From NCBI GenBank assembly GCA_028534125.1, contig CM052816.1:26600001-26660000 (forward strand): 60,000 bases of DNA, written 5' to 3'. A program made the position numbers and the translations under genes. Below, piece after piece: positions 13,684-26,910 of the stretch. This stretch comes from Lama glama. Lineage: Eukaryota. Under the pieces are notes generated by a model that was not told the DNA's origin, ran no database searches, and worked only from the letters and a program-made list of their open reading frames with translations. Each line of letters begins with the position of its first letter. The stretch's first letter is position 1.

Positions 13684-14021
13684 CAGAAGAGTAAATATCC
13701 ACAGGACAAGATTTGTGACATAAAGAGACTATTCTTAAATCTAGAGACATGAGTTTCCCATAAAAGAATCAGGACCCAAATAAGAACTCCATGTTTACAT
13801 ATGCCAGAGGCAGGGCTGTGCCTAAACAGCCCTATGACTCCCTATATAACCACAGCAAAGTCTTAACCTATTTGTTGAGTGAAGTAAAGAATTCTCATGA
13901 CTAATTCTGTCACCTTCATTAATTTCAATGGGATCAAAGTTTTGAAAAAAGTCATATGCCTTCTATGCCTTGGTTTAAAAGAAAGAGTGGAACTACATGC
14001 ACCAAACGTTAATTAGGTAGT

Positions 14022-15675
14022 CCAAAGCAATCTACAGATTTAATGTGATCCCTATCAAATTACCCAGGACATTTTCCCCATTACTAGAACAAATAATCCT
14101 AAAATTTATGTGGAATCACAAAAGACCTAGAATCACCAAAGCAATATTGAAGAGAAAGAACATGGCTGGAGGAATAACCCTCCCAGACTTCACACAATAC
14201 TACAGAGCTACAGTAATCAAAACAGTGTGGCACTGGCACAAAAACAGATATATGGATCAATGGAACAGTACAGAGAGCCCAGAAATAAACTCACAGACCT
14301 ACGGTCAATTAATCTTCAACAAAGGAGGCAAAAATATACAACGGAGAAAAAACAGTCTCTTCAGCAAGTGATGTTGGGAAAATTGGACAGCTGCGCGTAA
14401 GTCAGTGAAGTTACAACACTCCCTCACACCATACACAAAAATAAACTCAAAATGGCTTAAAGACTTAAATATAAGACAAGACACAATGAACTTCCTAGAA
14501 GAAAACATAGGCAAAAAACTCTGACATAAATCTTACCAATGTTCTCCTAGGGCAGTCTACCCAGGAAGTAGAAATAAAATCCAAAATAAACAAATGAAAC
14601 TGAATTAAACTATAAGATTTTGCACAGCAAAGGAAACCATAAGCAAAATGAAAAGACAACCTACAGAATGAGAGAAAATATTTGCAAATGATGTGACTGA
14701 CAAGGATTAATTTCCAGAACATACAAATAGCTCTTACAACTCAATAACAAAAGAACAAACAACCCAATCCAAAAAATGGGCAGAAGACCTAAAGAAACAT
14801 TTCTCCAATGAAGACATACAAATGGCCAATAAGCACATGAAAAATGCTCAGTGTCGTATCACCTCACACCAGTCAGAATGGCCGTCATTCAAAAATCCAC
14901 AAATGACAAATGCTGGAGAGGCTGTGGAGAAAGGAGAACCCTCCTACACTGCTGGTGGGAATGCAGTTTGGTGCAGCCACTGTGGAAAACAGTATGGCAA
15001 TTCCTCAAAAGACTAGGAATAGACTTACTTTATGACCCAGGAAACCCACTCCTGGGCATATATCCAAAAGGAACCCTACTTCAGGATGACACCTGCACCC
15101 TAGTGTTCATTGCAGCACTATTTACAATAGCCAAGATGTGGAGACAGCCTTAATGTTCATCAACAGATGACTGGAAAAGAAGAGGTGGTATATTTATACA
15201 ATGGAACACTACTCAGCCATAAAAACTGACAACATAACACCATTTGCAGCAACATGGATGCTCCTGGAGACTGTCATTCTAAGTGAAGTAAGCCAGAAAG
15301 AGAAAGAAAAATACCATATGAGATCGCTCATATGTGGAATCTAAAAAACAAACAAACAAGCAAACAAACAAACAAAAACAAAGTGTAAATACAGGACAGA
15401 AATAGACTCATAGACAGAGAATACAGACTTGTGGTTGCCAGGGGGGTGGAGGGTGGTAAGGGATAGACTGGGATTTCAAAATTGTAGAATAGATAAACAA
15501 GATTATACTGTATAACACAGGGAAATATACACAAAACGTTATGGTAGCTCACAGAGAAAAAAATGTGACAATGAGTGTGTATATGTCCATGTATGACTGA
15601 AAAATTGTGCTGAACACTGGAATTTGACACAACATTGTAAAATGATTATAAATCAATAAAAAATGTTAAAAAAAA
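14022..15675 (+). mobile_element. Camelid-type L1, 5'-truncated ORF2 3' part plus 3'UTR and poly(A)
   Basis: ORFs 14045-14371 (IPIKLP...[28 protein letters not shown]) and 14851-15153 (YHLTPVRMA...[23 protein letters not shown]) are L1 ORF2 C-terminal motifs. Ends aatcaataaaaaatgttaaaaaaaa. Confidence 0.96.
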
Positions 15676-16268
15676 GATACATGCACCCCAATGTTCACAG
15701 CAGCACTATTTACAATAGCCAAGACATGGAAACCACCTAAATGTCCATCAACACATGACTGGATAAAGTGGTGGTATATATACAATGGGATACTACTAAG
15801 CTATAAAAAAGAATAAAATAATGCCATTTGCAGCAACATGGATGGACCTGGAGATTGTCATACTAAGTGAAATAAGCCATAAAAAGGAAGAAAAAATACC
15901 ATATAATATCATTTATGTGTGGAATTTTTTAAAATGACACAAATGAGTTTATTTACAAAATAGAAACAGACTCACAGACATAGAAAACAAACTTATGGTT
16001 ACCAGAGGGGAAAGGTGAGGGGGTGGAGGGATAATCTGGGAGTTTGGGATTTGCAGATACTAACTACTGTATATAAAACAGATAAACAACAAGGTTCTAC
16101 TGCATAGCACAGGGAACTATATTCAATATCTTGTAATAGCTTATAATGAAAGAGAATATAAAAAGAAGTATATATATTTGAATATATGACTACATATATA
16201 TGAATCACTATACTGTACACCAGAAAATAATACAATATTGTAAATCAACTATACTTCAATTTTAAAAA
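15676..16268 (+). mobile_element. Second L1 3' end (different subfamily) directly following the first
   Basis: Restarts at gatacatgcaccccaatgttcacagcagcactatttacaatagcc and ends aactatacttcaattttaaaaa. Same 3'UTR type as the element at 1999-2741. Confidence 0.92.
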
Positions 16269-19200
16269 GTGTTAACTGTAGTTATTTCTCAGCAGAAGGG
16301 ATGGAATTTTCCAAAATATATTACGTTTTGCTTGCTGGTTGGTTTGTTTTTATTATGCTTTGCTTTTATAACTGGTTAAATAATGCATGGGAGGAGGGTG
16401 TGGCAAACTTCTGGGAATAGAAGGATGTCTTCCAAAGGTGAGATAAAGCATTAGGTTCTTTCTAGCACCGCTGATGCAGAATTTATGTAAGTAATAATAA
16501 TTCTGTCGTGTTGGTGTCATTTTGGCTCTGTGATCTTGGACAAGTCATTTCACCTTAACTTCACCATATGCTAAATTGGGGCTTAAACAAGATGATGGCT
16601 TATATTTCTTTCCCCTTTAAAGTTCTAACTGTACATCTAAAGACTTAGTTTATGTGCCCATGTCTCCAAAACATCCACAGATGTGGGAGATGAGGAAGAG
16701 GAGTTTCTGAAGAGGTGAGCCCCACTAGGGGAATATTTGCATAACGCTGATACAGCAAGTGAAAAATGGACTGTGACAGATTAATGCTGGGAGGCTTGAT
16801 CTGCTCAGTGTCTGGCCCACACAGCCTGGGTCTGATCAGATCTTCAAAGTCATATGGTCCCTATTTGGTTTTACAATAAATAACTCAGACTTATGAGTTA
16901 GACACCAATTAATGAAATCATCTAGCCCAGAGGAGAGCAGTCCTCCTGGGCAGTCATTATGGAAGCACAGACCATCCACTGGGTTTGCCAAGCTTGGAGC
17001 TTTTATCCTGCCGGTGATAGAAATGGTAGGAATCCTCCCAATTCCAGATTATCTTTGCTCTGAAATACACCAGTGGTTTCCACAGAGGTTCAAGCGGGAT
17101 TGGCTCCCATGGACTTTACTGATGACAAAAGGGTGTTCTAATTCTAGTTGGAGTTTGGACTCAGCACTGAGAGGTACTGGGAGTCCGAAGATGAAGGACA
17201 AGAACCTTCTGATAAAACTGTATTTACTTAATATTTTGTTTATATCCATCATGAAGGGACATAGGAATGACTCCACGTAGAGTTGTTTTGGAAAGCATTT
17301 AATGTAGCATCTTGAGGCATCATGTTTCAGGTTGAGAAGGAAAACTATTGATGTGTTCACATATATTGAGAACTAAACCCACCATGGGTCCTCAATAAAT
17401 ATCAAGCAATCAATCAATTCTCCAGCACAGAGATGCTTCCTGTTCCAAACATGCAGTCATGGAAAGGAGCTTGGCCTAAGACCTATCTCTCTTTTCCAAA
17501 TGATGTGGTTCCAAACTCCAGGAAAAGTTCTGGGTGATGTTTTTCATCCTATAGCAACTGACGGCACAATCCTTGGCAGCCCTGGAAACAGTGACTTCCA
17601 GATCAAGACACCAAAGCAGTGAGGTTCTGCTATGCGTTGGTCAAACTTTTACAACTTAATGGAAAGAGAATCTTAAATTATCACTAGGCAGTTGATTGGA
17701 AGTGGCTGTACCTATTTTCAGAAATGCTCTAAGTAAAAATTGATGAGATTTTTAAAATGGAAATCTATTGTATGGAACTCTTTAGCACTGAAAGCACTTG
17801 CTGGAAGATAGCCATAAACTGCATTTATTTGATTCAATTTTGCATCAATCAATATGCCTCAAAAATGACATTCTGCATTTTTTATTTAATGATATATATA
17901 TTATAAATTTTACCTCTAAGTGTTAGGAAAGAGAACATTAAGAATCCACTGTAATGGTTGACAAGCTACCAACAATTGTTAAACACTACAGTTGCAAAAA
18001 TGATTACTACTAAAGCTTGAACATTTGCAGCTATCCACTTTTCAGTGTACAATACTGAGGTTTCACCAAATGTGAAATTCACTTCTGAGGGTTCCACTTT
18101 TACACTGCCCTTTAAAATGATGCATATTTTAATGGTTCCTTGGGCACATATGATTTGTAAGACTGTTTCAGTTATAACTTAATAGATCTTTTGATGGACC
18201 ATTTGTCTTTGGCTTTTGGAGAAGAGAACTAAAGTTATGTGATCATGTATGTTTTCTATTTAATAGCCATGTATCAAATCTCTACATACTTTTTAATGGA
18301 GTAGGATAATAATTTGATATATTAACCATATGAGGTTTTCTCCCTTTGCTTTTCTCTTTTTTTGCCCTGTGACCCTGCAAACCTCTCCCATTCAGGCCAT
18401 TAGCCACATGGCCTCCACTGGAGGGCAATTTCAGAGTGGATGGGTGAACCAAGGGGCAAATTATGACTTCTTAAATTCAAAAGCTGCTGATCATTGAGTA
18501 AGACAAAAGAAGTGATGAAGCTCAGACTGGACTAATCTCTCGGGTTCTACCCCTCACCCTCATCAAAATAATGATCCTTAGAGCTGTTAAGCAAAAGAGA
18601 GCTGAGAAGATTTGTGAGCAGCCATAAGTTGGGGGTGGATACTTTGCCTGGGTGGGGGATGGGTAATTAGGGACTGAGAATTGGGCCTGTTTTCTATTGA
18701 GGGTACACAGAGGTGGCCAACCCCTTAGAATTCCTTTTGTCACCTCGCCACTGGAAAACAAACTAGATGGCACACAGCAGTGGGAAGAGAGAGGGAAGAG
18801 AAAGGCAGTGTTCAGGAGGTCCAGAGGCCAGGGTAAGCAGTCACTACAGAAGGAGTCATGGCTTGTAGCTTTCAGCCACAGCTCTGATTGGGCATCAGTC
18901 ACTGCAGCAGATGCCAGCAGAGAGGTGAAGACCGGCTAGGACTCAAAATACATGGAACATCTTAGCAGAGAGAGGAAGGTACAGATAGAAAGAGACCCAA
19001 GCACTTGCCACCTGCACAATACGCACCCCCTAAACTCACCCCAGACACCATATTGCTAAAGAAGACTCAAGCCAGCTTAGATGATTTGCTGCCAAGGAAG
19101 GCCCCTCAAACCCATAATTCTTTGCAGGAGAAGGATGGGAAAAGGAAACCCTTAAGAGACTGAATCTACCCTTAAAATGTCTGATCAAATATTAGAATTG

Positions 19201-19439
19201 ACTAGATTGTGTTTTGGCTGTCAGATGAAGAGAGAGATTAAATGCAGCGAATGGAGCCAAGATTCTTACAAGCCTGCGCTGGAGAACTACACCTCTTCCA
19301 TCAGTGTAACATGACATGAACACTCCTCTGAATGCATGCACAAATAAAAACAACATACTGTGTGGAAAACAGAGAGGCAAAGTAAACTGTGACTTAGTAA
19401 GATCATAAATTAAAGGTTTCTCCAGTGAGTGGAAAGTCA

Positions 19440-19660
19440 CCAGGAGGCTGGGGTTCCAGTCTCAGCCCCACCACTCACTAGCCACGTAAACTTAGGTGAG
19501 TCATCTGGTCTTTCCCAGACTCTGTTTTCTCATCTGTAAAGTAGGGATAACACTGCTCTTTCTCACAATGACTTGCACAGGATCACAGTGAAGATCAAAT
19601 AAGAAAGTGTGTGAATGTGCCTCCTAGGCCACACAACACTGTACAAACATAAGATATTTC
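19440..19660 (+). mobile_element. MIR SINE
   Basis: ggggttccagtctcagcccca...ctgttttctcatctgtaaagtagggataa. Confidence 0.75.
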
Positions 19661-21479
19661 AACTATTTCTTCCTGAACAACAGAAACACGAAGAGGTCAG
19701 TTCCAAGAGGCAACAAGAGCACTCGGCAGGGTACACCCAGTTCATTTAAATGGTCTGCCCTGAAGATCCAAGAAGCAAAAGCTCACCTGAAATTTCAAAC
19801 AATTTTTCTTAACTGGCATGTTGGTAGTCTGACTATTTTTCAACACTATGACTTTAATCACATATAAATCTAGTAAGTGTGGAAAGCATGACATCTCCCC
19901 ATCCACTTTCACCCCAAATGCCAGGGGAAAACCCTTGAAATTGATTTGGTCCAAACATGTGTTCCTCTTTCTTTTATGAGGCTGATTTCTTACTCTATCA
20001 AACTAGTTCTTCATATTAGAAGAATGTATTATAAAGTTAACAACTAATCTAAATAAGAAATGTCGATCCTCTTACATTTCATCTCAAGGAAAGTAAATCA
20101 GATGCCAAGCAGCTATGAGACACTGCAAAGAAATGGGACCATAAAAAACAGGACTGGGTGATGGATAAACAAAGTCTGGGAGTGGTGGTATGTGAATACA
20201 GAGGAATTATTCAGTGCTGGCCCCAACGCCTGTGTGGCCCACACACACGCCCGCCTGTGAGAGACCATACACACACACACGGTTAACTTACAACAGCTCG
20301 GCCACACATACTCAGGCAGGTCTGTCTTTCTGTGCAATTAAAAATATTATAAAATTGTTTCTTGCACATGTAATCTTTATTATATATTGCTTCACTATAT
20401 AATGAAACTTTTATACATAAATATTACTGTACTTTATATGCATTATAAGGGGTTTTCAAGGATGACTGGACTACACACATTTCTTGCCTTAAATACTGAC
20501 TTTGGAGTCAAATCTCCATATAAAGTGGAACTTCATTACATAGCTTAGTGATCAGTTCTTGCAAAGCTGAACAAAATGTTAAACATGAAAGAATCATGCA
20601 ACTCTCTAAGGTGGAGTTATCTTATCCACATTTACCCACCTTTGGAGAAGGAAATGGATTCCAAGTTTATTTGGAAGTGACTATCCATACTAGATTTACA
20701 GACCTCCTAGATAAGGTTTGCACCTCCTCTGGTAACCTGTTTATTTCACTTCCAGCTAACTCAATTCCAGGGCTAACACTGTATGTTCAAAATCCTTAGG
20801 AAATTGGCTTCCAGAAGCACTGGCTTCACCAGTGGAACAGAAGGTAGGGTGAGTAAGGCATCACATGCACCACCAAGGCTTGACAGAGGACGGAGGTATC
20901 TGATTTGAAAACCAATCCATCTTTATCACATCCCAAGTAAGGATGCTAGACACACAATCCTCAGGAAGGGAAAGTGCATGCAAGAAGTCAGAAGACAATC
21001 TTCCGTGTCCTCTTTTGCATGTGCTAGCAGTCTCTGGAGACCCTATTGAATTTTGGGTGCGGCTACTTCTACAAGTGCCACGATATGAAATTACTACTGA
21101 CATTTTCAATAGGCAAAATGGGATAAAATCGGCTTTTCTCAGGCCTTTCAAACTGGTTACCTAAACATCAGCAAATTCAGGAATTAGTGACTGGAACAGG
21201 TATTCCCAGCCCAGGAAAGACTCAAGATAGATACCACATGTTCTTCACACCCAAAGAAGGCAAGTGGAAGATGACGGCAGCCAGCAGCATCAGTTCTGTC
21301 CCTAGCAGTGTCATCTGTGGCCAAACCAAGCCCGAAAGCGTCATCTCCAGAAATGCCAGGGCCATAAGCTCCGCCAGCGCCAGCCCCTCGGGAACAGGCT
21401 TGTTGCAGGTACCTGGTTCAGTGTGTCCCTGTTGATTAGGTTTTTAAAATAGTTACCTAAAACACAAATTTTCACACTC

Positions 21480-21648
21480 TTTTCTATGGAGTAGTGGGGG
21501 TTTCAAGCAGCAAAGAGGAGGCCAGTGGGTCCTCCTCTAACCAAAACATTTCCACTTTTATCTGTTTTATATTTTGGGATTTTGCTTAAGATTTCATTTT
21601 TTAAAAAAGTTCTACTGTTCACAAAAAACTTAAAAATCACTGATCTAA
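21480..21648 (-). mobile_element. hAT-Charlie MITE (MER103C-like)
   Basis: ccacttttatctgttttatatttt...taagatttcatttt...aaaaatcactgatcta. Confidence 0.55.
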
Positions 21649-24520
21649 AGTGTGCTTCCAACTATTATATTTTCTGCTTCACTTGGACCTAAGGTGATGA
21701 CACCCCCAAGGTGATGAGTTTCATAGGTTAATGATGCATAGACTTAAAGAGTATATCCTTGAATCAATTTTCAGTGGAAGCCTTTTGACTTAATTGAATA
21801 CTGTCTGGGCCATGAATTATGAGAGAACAAACCAGAAACACCTGTATGGCAATGCATTCCTTCGACGTCTGTCATTTCTCCCCTGCTATGCCTCATTCTG
21901 GCTAAATGCTATAAGCCGGTAACTTCCAATTGGTTTTATGTATCATTTTCCATCCTTTAATATTTCAGTTTCTTTCTTATAAGTCTTAGTAAAATACAAA
22001 GTTAGCTTCCTTCTGCTCTCCAAACCAGGAAGTTCTTAACCTTCCCTCTTCTTGCTGGTCAGTCTTGCTGGTTGCAAACTTCTTTTCCAGCCAATATTGG
22101 ATGGTGAATTAGAGATATGAGAACAATCTTCACAGTTCCTCTAAGAGTGAAACTAAAATGTCCCTCAAAGATCAGAGTAAGGTCCCGTAGTTTTAGCACT
22201 TTTCCTGGCAGCAGGAAAAAGAAAGGTCTTCCATACATGCACGCGTGATCCTGATACATGGTTCCTGGAGCTCATCAATTGCTGGCCAGGTTTTCCACCA
22301 CTTTCAGCGTTCAGCTCTTGGCATATGAGGAGTCACGTTCCATGTGGAGACTTATTCTATAGACTGAGTGACCCCATAAGAGGCAGAAAGCTTGATACTT
22401 GTTTTGAGGGGAGAGCTTCATTTGGAAGAGACCAGCTGTCATAGAGGAAATGCTCTCTGGCTTCAATGAGGGAATCTCTACTCCCCTTGGAGCCAGGTCA
22501 CTTACAAGATCCCCCTACTAGTCCTGCACAAGAATGTTCCGTGCCAACGACCAGGCACCCAGGCAGAGAGGCATATACAACTCCATAGCAGGTCATTCTG
22601 AAGAGGAAACTATAGTCAGGCAGAGAAGGAGGGGTGCCTCCTTATCACAAAGGCTCCTTTGATAGAATCAAGCACACTTGACTGGTTGATGAACCTCGGG
22701 CCTCCCAAAGCCACCCTCAGCACAAACCGCTCTCTGTGCATTCCTACCCTCTGAGGACCGGCTGAGAGAGCTCCACGAAGCTGGAGCTTACAGCATCCTT
22801 CTAGAGCATTCTCCCAGGGCTTTGCCAGCTACAGCACTGCTTATGGCCCCTGGTTCTGCCAGGGCCACAGAAGACAGGCCTGTAGAACAGCAAAGCCCCA
22901 GAGTGGGGGAAAAAAGAGCCCACAAGACCCAGCTCTTGACCCTGTCAGCGATGGAGCCAACCAAGCTGTTTCCACCCACCAGGCCAAACCCAGAAAAAAG
23001 TGTTTGGCTGGACATGGTATTGAGTTTTTCTGTTGGCTTCTCAGGTTGACCCATTGACCAAATATGATACCTCACCACTGCTTGGGATTTTGCAAGTTTA
23101 CAATTCATATAGAAGAAACATTGTTATATAAACCTTGCCAAGACTATAGGCCTTTTAAATTCCCAACTAAGAAGCTGAAGAAATTTATGGCAGTGTTGCT
23201 AGATGGGGAGGCCAAGTAAACTCACAATGTTGATCTTAGGTCTGTTTAAATTTCTCTTGCCTTCTGGCACTTTAAGAAGTAGTGGAAAGAAATCATTTAC
23301 TCATAGGTGCATTAAGCGTTTGGAAACACGGGGGTACCAGGGAAGAGCATTAGGAAGGTAATTGATGTGCCACATGTGGTCCTGGCCTGTGGAGGGCAGA
23401 ATTTCACTCCAACACCATAGCCGTTTCTGTGCCGGGTGGCACAAAAACCTAACAGTACCTTCATGCAATAAATAGAGTGAATTATGCAGAGGCTCAGTTT
23501 TCCTACCAGTGAAGCCTTGGTAATTAACCAGCCTCCTGCTGCACCCCCATAAAAGGACACACTGCTTGGAAACAGAGCTGGTCATCATATAAGGAAGATC
23601 CAGTTGTCCTCAAAGTATAAGGACGTGGCTTTTTTATGCGGGTTTCCTTGGCTCCTTTGTGATTAGCTCTGGGTCTCTCTTCTGCTTTTTGGGTCTGTAA
23701 TGACGGCAGGATTAGCAACAGGAGTCGCTCAATCTCAGATCCTTTTAGGACGGTAGCTGGAGGAGAATGAGTTGAACCCTAAAGAGAAAAATCCGCATTT
23801 AGCAAACGGCTCAGCATTCATCCTGCACACTGCAGGTCTCTGTGGGAGAATCTGGGATTCAATCGGCAATGAATGCTTTCGTCCAAAGGCTGTGCTTCTG
23901 CACGCCTCATGGAGGAGGGTGAGGCCAAAATGCTGCAGAATCTTCACGTCCTGCCCAGAGTTGGAAGCGAAATGAAGGAGTCTATTTTTACATGCCAGAT
24001 TACCTTGATTTAATACAAGATGAAATGCAATCTGATATGAGAACTGGTAATGGACTAACAAATGACTCAAGTAAAAAGTCATTTTAATGTAAAGTCCTGG
24101 ACATGATGTATAACCTCTCCGGGAAGCCTGCTAATTGTGCACCCCTAACGTTCATGGCTATAGGAATTTTCTGGATATGACGCCTAACCCTTATCTACCC
24201 TCCTCCCACCGTCTCCATTTTAGTGCTCACTTGTGTGTAATCTGAGTATTTTATATAGGAAAAACTTGCTGGAGTTGAAAGTAGAGGAAAATATGCCTTA
24301 ATAGAATTTATAATTTAACAACCCAATAAGTCAGGCTAGAATTTATTGAAACAACCTCTCCTAAGAATCTTCCATACTCTGACTTCCACAATCAGTGACC
24401 TACATCTTTAAAAGAAAAAGAAAAGAAAAGAAAAGCATGCCTCAGAATTTTTTTTTTCTAGCTGAAGAAAGCTGAACTTATTTAACGTTTGTAGGGTTAT
24501 TTATAGACAAAGAGAGTAAT

Positions 24521-24564
24521 GAAAGAAAGAGAAAGAAAAGAAAGAAAAGAAAGAAAAGAAAGGA

Positions 24565-24600
<36 letters not shown>

Positions 24601-24603
24601 AGA
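24521..24603. repeat. (GAAA)n/(GAAAA)n purine microsatellite
   Basis: Directly visible. A shorter (GAAAA)n lies at about 24411-24434. Confidence 0.95.
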
Positions 24604-25669
24604 CAAAACAAAGGTCTTGGTTTCTAATTTCCCTGTAGCAGGAATGACTTACTTCTGTTTTCATTCTCTCTAGTCTCCACCCTACTCCCATTAAGTTCTT
24701 GGATTTGTGTATCTTTAGATGCAGGCACTCGAATGCTTTCTTCACTCAGGAAGTTATTCTCCTCACGCCTTGTGAGGTCTTGGAACAAAAATTAGTTGAG
24801 AAAGAAACAACTGCTGCTTCTCTGTCCAGAAAAAAAAAATTACATTGCATCATGGAGCTCAAAAAACTTTGGTGGCTTTTTTGTGTGTGTAGCGTGGGGC
24901 AGGGGGTGGGTGAAGATAGCATTGAGTGGGGGGCAGGGAGAAAGGCAGAAGGGGAGAGGAAACTCCTGTCCTACATGGGTAATCTTCTCCTTAGGGGAAC
25001 ACAGGGGCCAACAGTTACTGCCTGCAAACGTGGTTTGTCGGGGAACAAAACAATCACGAAGAGTGTTTGGGTACAACCGCCTAAGTCAGAACATGTGGTG
25101 TTTGTGCCTTTAAGGATTTTGAGTCTCTTTTTTGTCGAATTTCTTTGTGTTATCCCCACTCTCACTCCTACTAACCCCCCACCCCCACCCCCAATACTAA
25201 GGCTTCTCTCAGTGACAAACAGAAATATTTTACGAAAAGTAGGTTTTGTACTCAGAACGTTCACAGCTCACTCCCTTGAAGGAGGGGAAACACGGTTTGG
25301 AAAGACCTCCTTTATTGGTCCATAAATCATGGTCACCATGTCTGACCCAGCCGCTGGGGTGCCTGGGGTCACGGGACCCTTTCAGAGTTGAGACGCTCTG
25401 AAGCTTCTCTTTTTTGCTGGGCTCTTAATCAACCCTCCAAAGGCAGAAAGAACATCAAACAACTAAGACCTCGGAGAAGGATTGGTGGTTGAAATGACTC
25501 AGCCTCTGCCTGAGAAAAAGAATTTCTTAGAGATTCAATCCCGTTGTAAGTGGTTTTTTGGATTATCTGGAGACAGAGGAGCGACTGACAAGGGAAAATG
25601 AAGAGATTGTTCCAAACAATACACATGAGTTAAAACCAGGAGCAAAGACAGTAAATGTCAACCCCTCTG

Positions 25670-26160
25670 ACTGAGTTCCCTCCTTCTGATAATAAAGGTA
25701 ATAGTCACTGCTCCCTAGTGATTCTGAGAGGACTCATGGGTGATGCTCAGTCTCCCAGTCAGTCTGCCAGGTCAGATTCTGGCTCTTTGGACCTCAATTT
25801 TTCTCATCTGTAAAATAGTGATAATTATATTCTCCACCTTACAGTGCCGTTGTGAGAATTCAATGAGAAAAGACAGGCAGTGTGTTTAGAATAGCCGGGT
25901 ATATAGTAAGTGCTCAATAAAAGCTAGCTATGAACAGAACACAGGTCGAGCTCCTAGCATGATATCTAGGCCCCCAATAAAAGCTGATTTCCCTACCCAC
26001 AATTCTGAATTACCTAAGCCCATACAAAATGAAGCACCATGAAATAATTACCAATCAAATCTGGGTTCAAATCCTGACTTCTTTACTCATTAACTACATG
26101 ATCTTGGAGAAATTACTCTCTATGAGCTTTGGTTTTCTTCTCTAAACTAGAGAACCTCAC
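25670..26160 (+). mobile_element. Cluster of MIR fragments
   Basis: cctcaatttttctcatctgtaaaatagtgataat...gtaagtgctcaataaa and ctgggttcaaatcctgact. Confidence 0.75.
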
Positions 26161-26910
26161 AAGGTAGCTACAGACAAAATCAATGGGTCCACAGAGGGAA
26201 ACGTTTCATTTGATGGTGATGACTGGCTTAGAAGCTGTCAGAAGCCAAAGACAGACACTCAGTGTTCATTGGCCTGATAAAATAAGCATGGACTGAATTC
26301 CCACTGTGGCCAGGTGCTTCAATATTAGGTACTGAAGATATAAAGGTGAATATCACATAGTCTTGCCTCAACGAACTTCAAGCCCAGGGAAGGAGACACA
26401 GAAGGAATCATTTAAATTTCTGTGGCTCTTGGTCTCGTCAAAGCATAGTCACAAGATCAGAGAAGACTTGATAACATACTTTTCCCTTGCCTGATACATC
26501 TTTCTCCAGGTTTTCACCTAAGTTTCCCCTACTATCCTTCAGCTTTCAGACTGGACTTTGCTTGGTCAAGGAAGCTTTCACGAACTCCAAGATGTTACAC
26601 AATGTGAAGGCACTTCATGTTTCCCACTCAATACTCATCACATATTTAATGGCTTGTTCATTACATTCCCCACTACCTCAGCCCACTAGTATTTTCAGGG
26701 CTGTGTTAAACTCATTCACTTGGAAAATGCAGCATAAATCTTTTACACACAAAGAACTGATAAGCTACCTAAAGCTGAATGAACTGAATATGAGGTGAAT
26801 CAAATATTCTAAGACCTCCCGAGGGCCTCAGTGTCTAGCCTCTGGTCTGAGGGATCTGGAGGCAATTCTGTGATCATTCACACAATCCAATGAGTCAAGA
26901 ATTACTTTGA

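Noticed and set aside
14045..15153. ORFs with clear protein-like sequence
   Set aside because: They are L1 ORF2 fragments broken by stops and frameshifts, not a host gene.
1999..16268. Inverted pair of related L1 3' ends (1999-2741 minus, 15676-16268 plus)
   Set aside because: Independent insertions about 13 kb apart and clearly diverged. No sign of a composite element.
24699..25325. Longest ORF in the track (208 aa)
   Set aside because: Non-ATG start, runs through A-, G- and C-tracts, and has no recognisable domain or exon structure. Probably a chance ORF.
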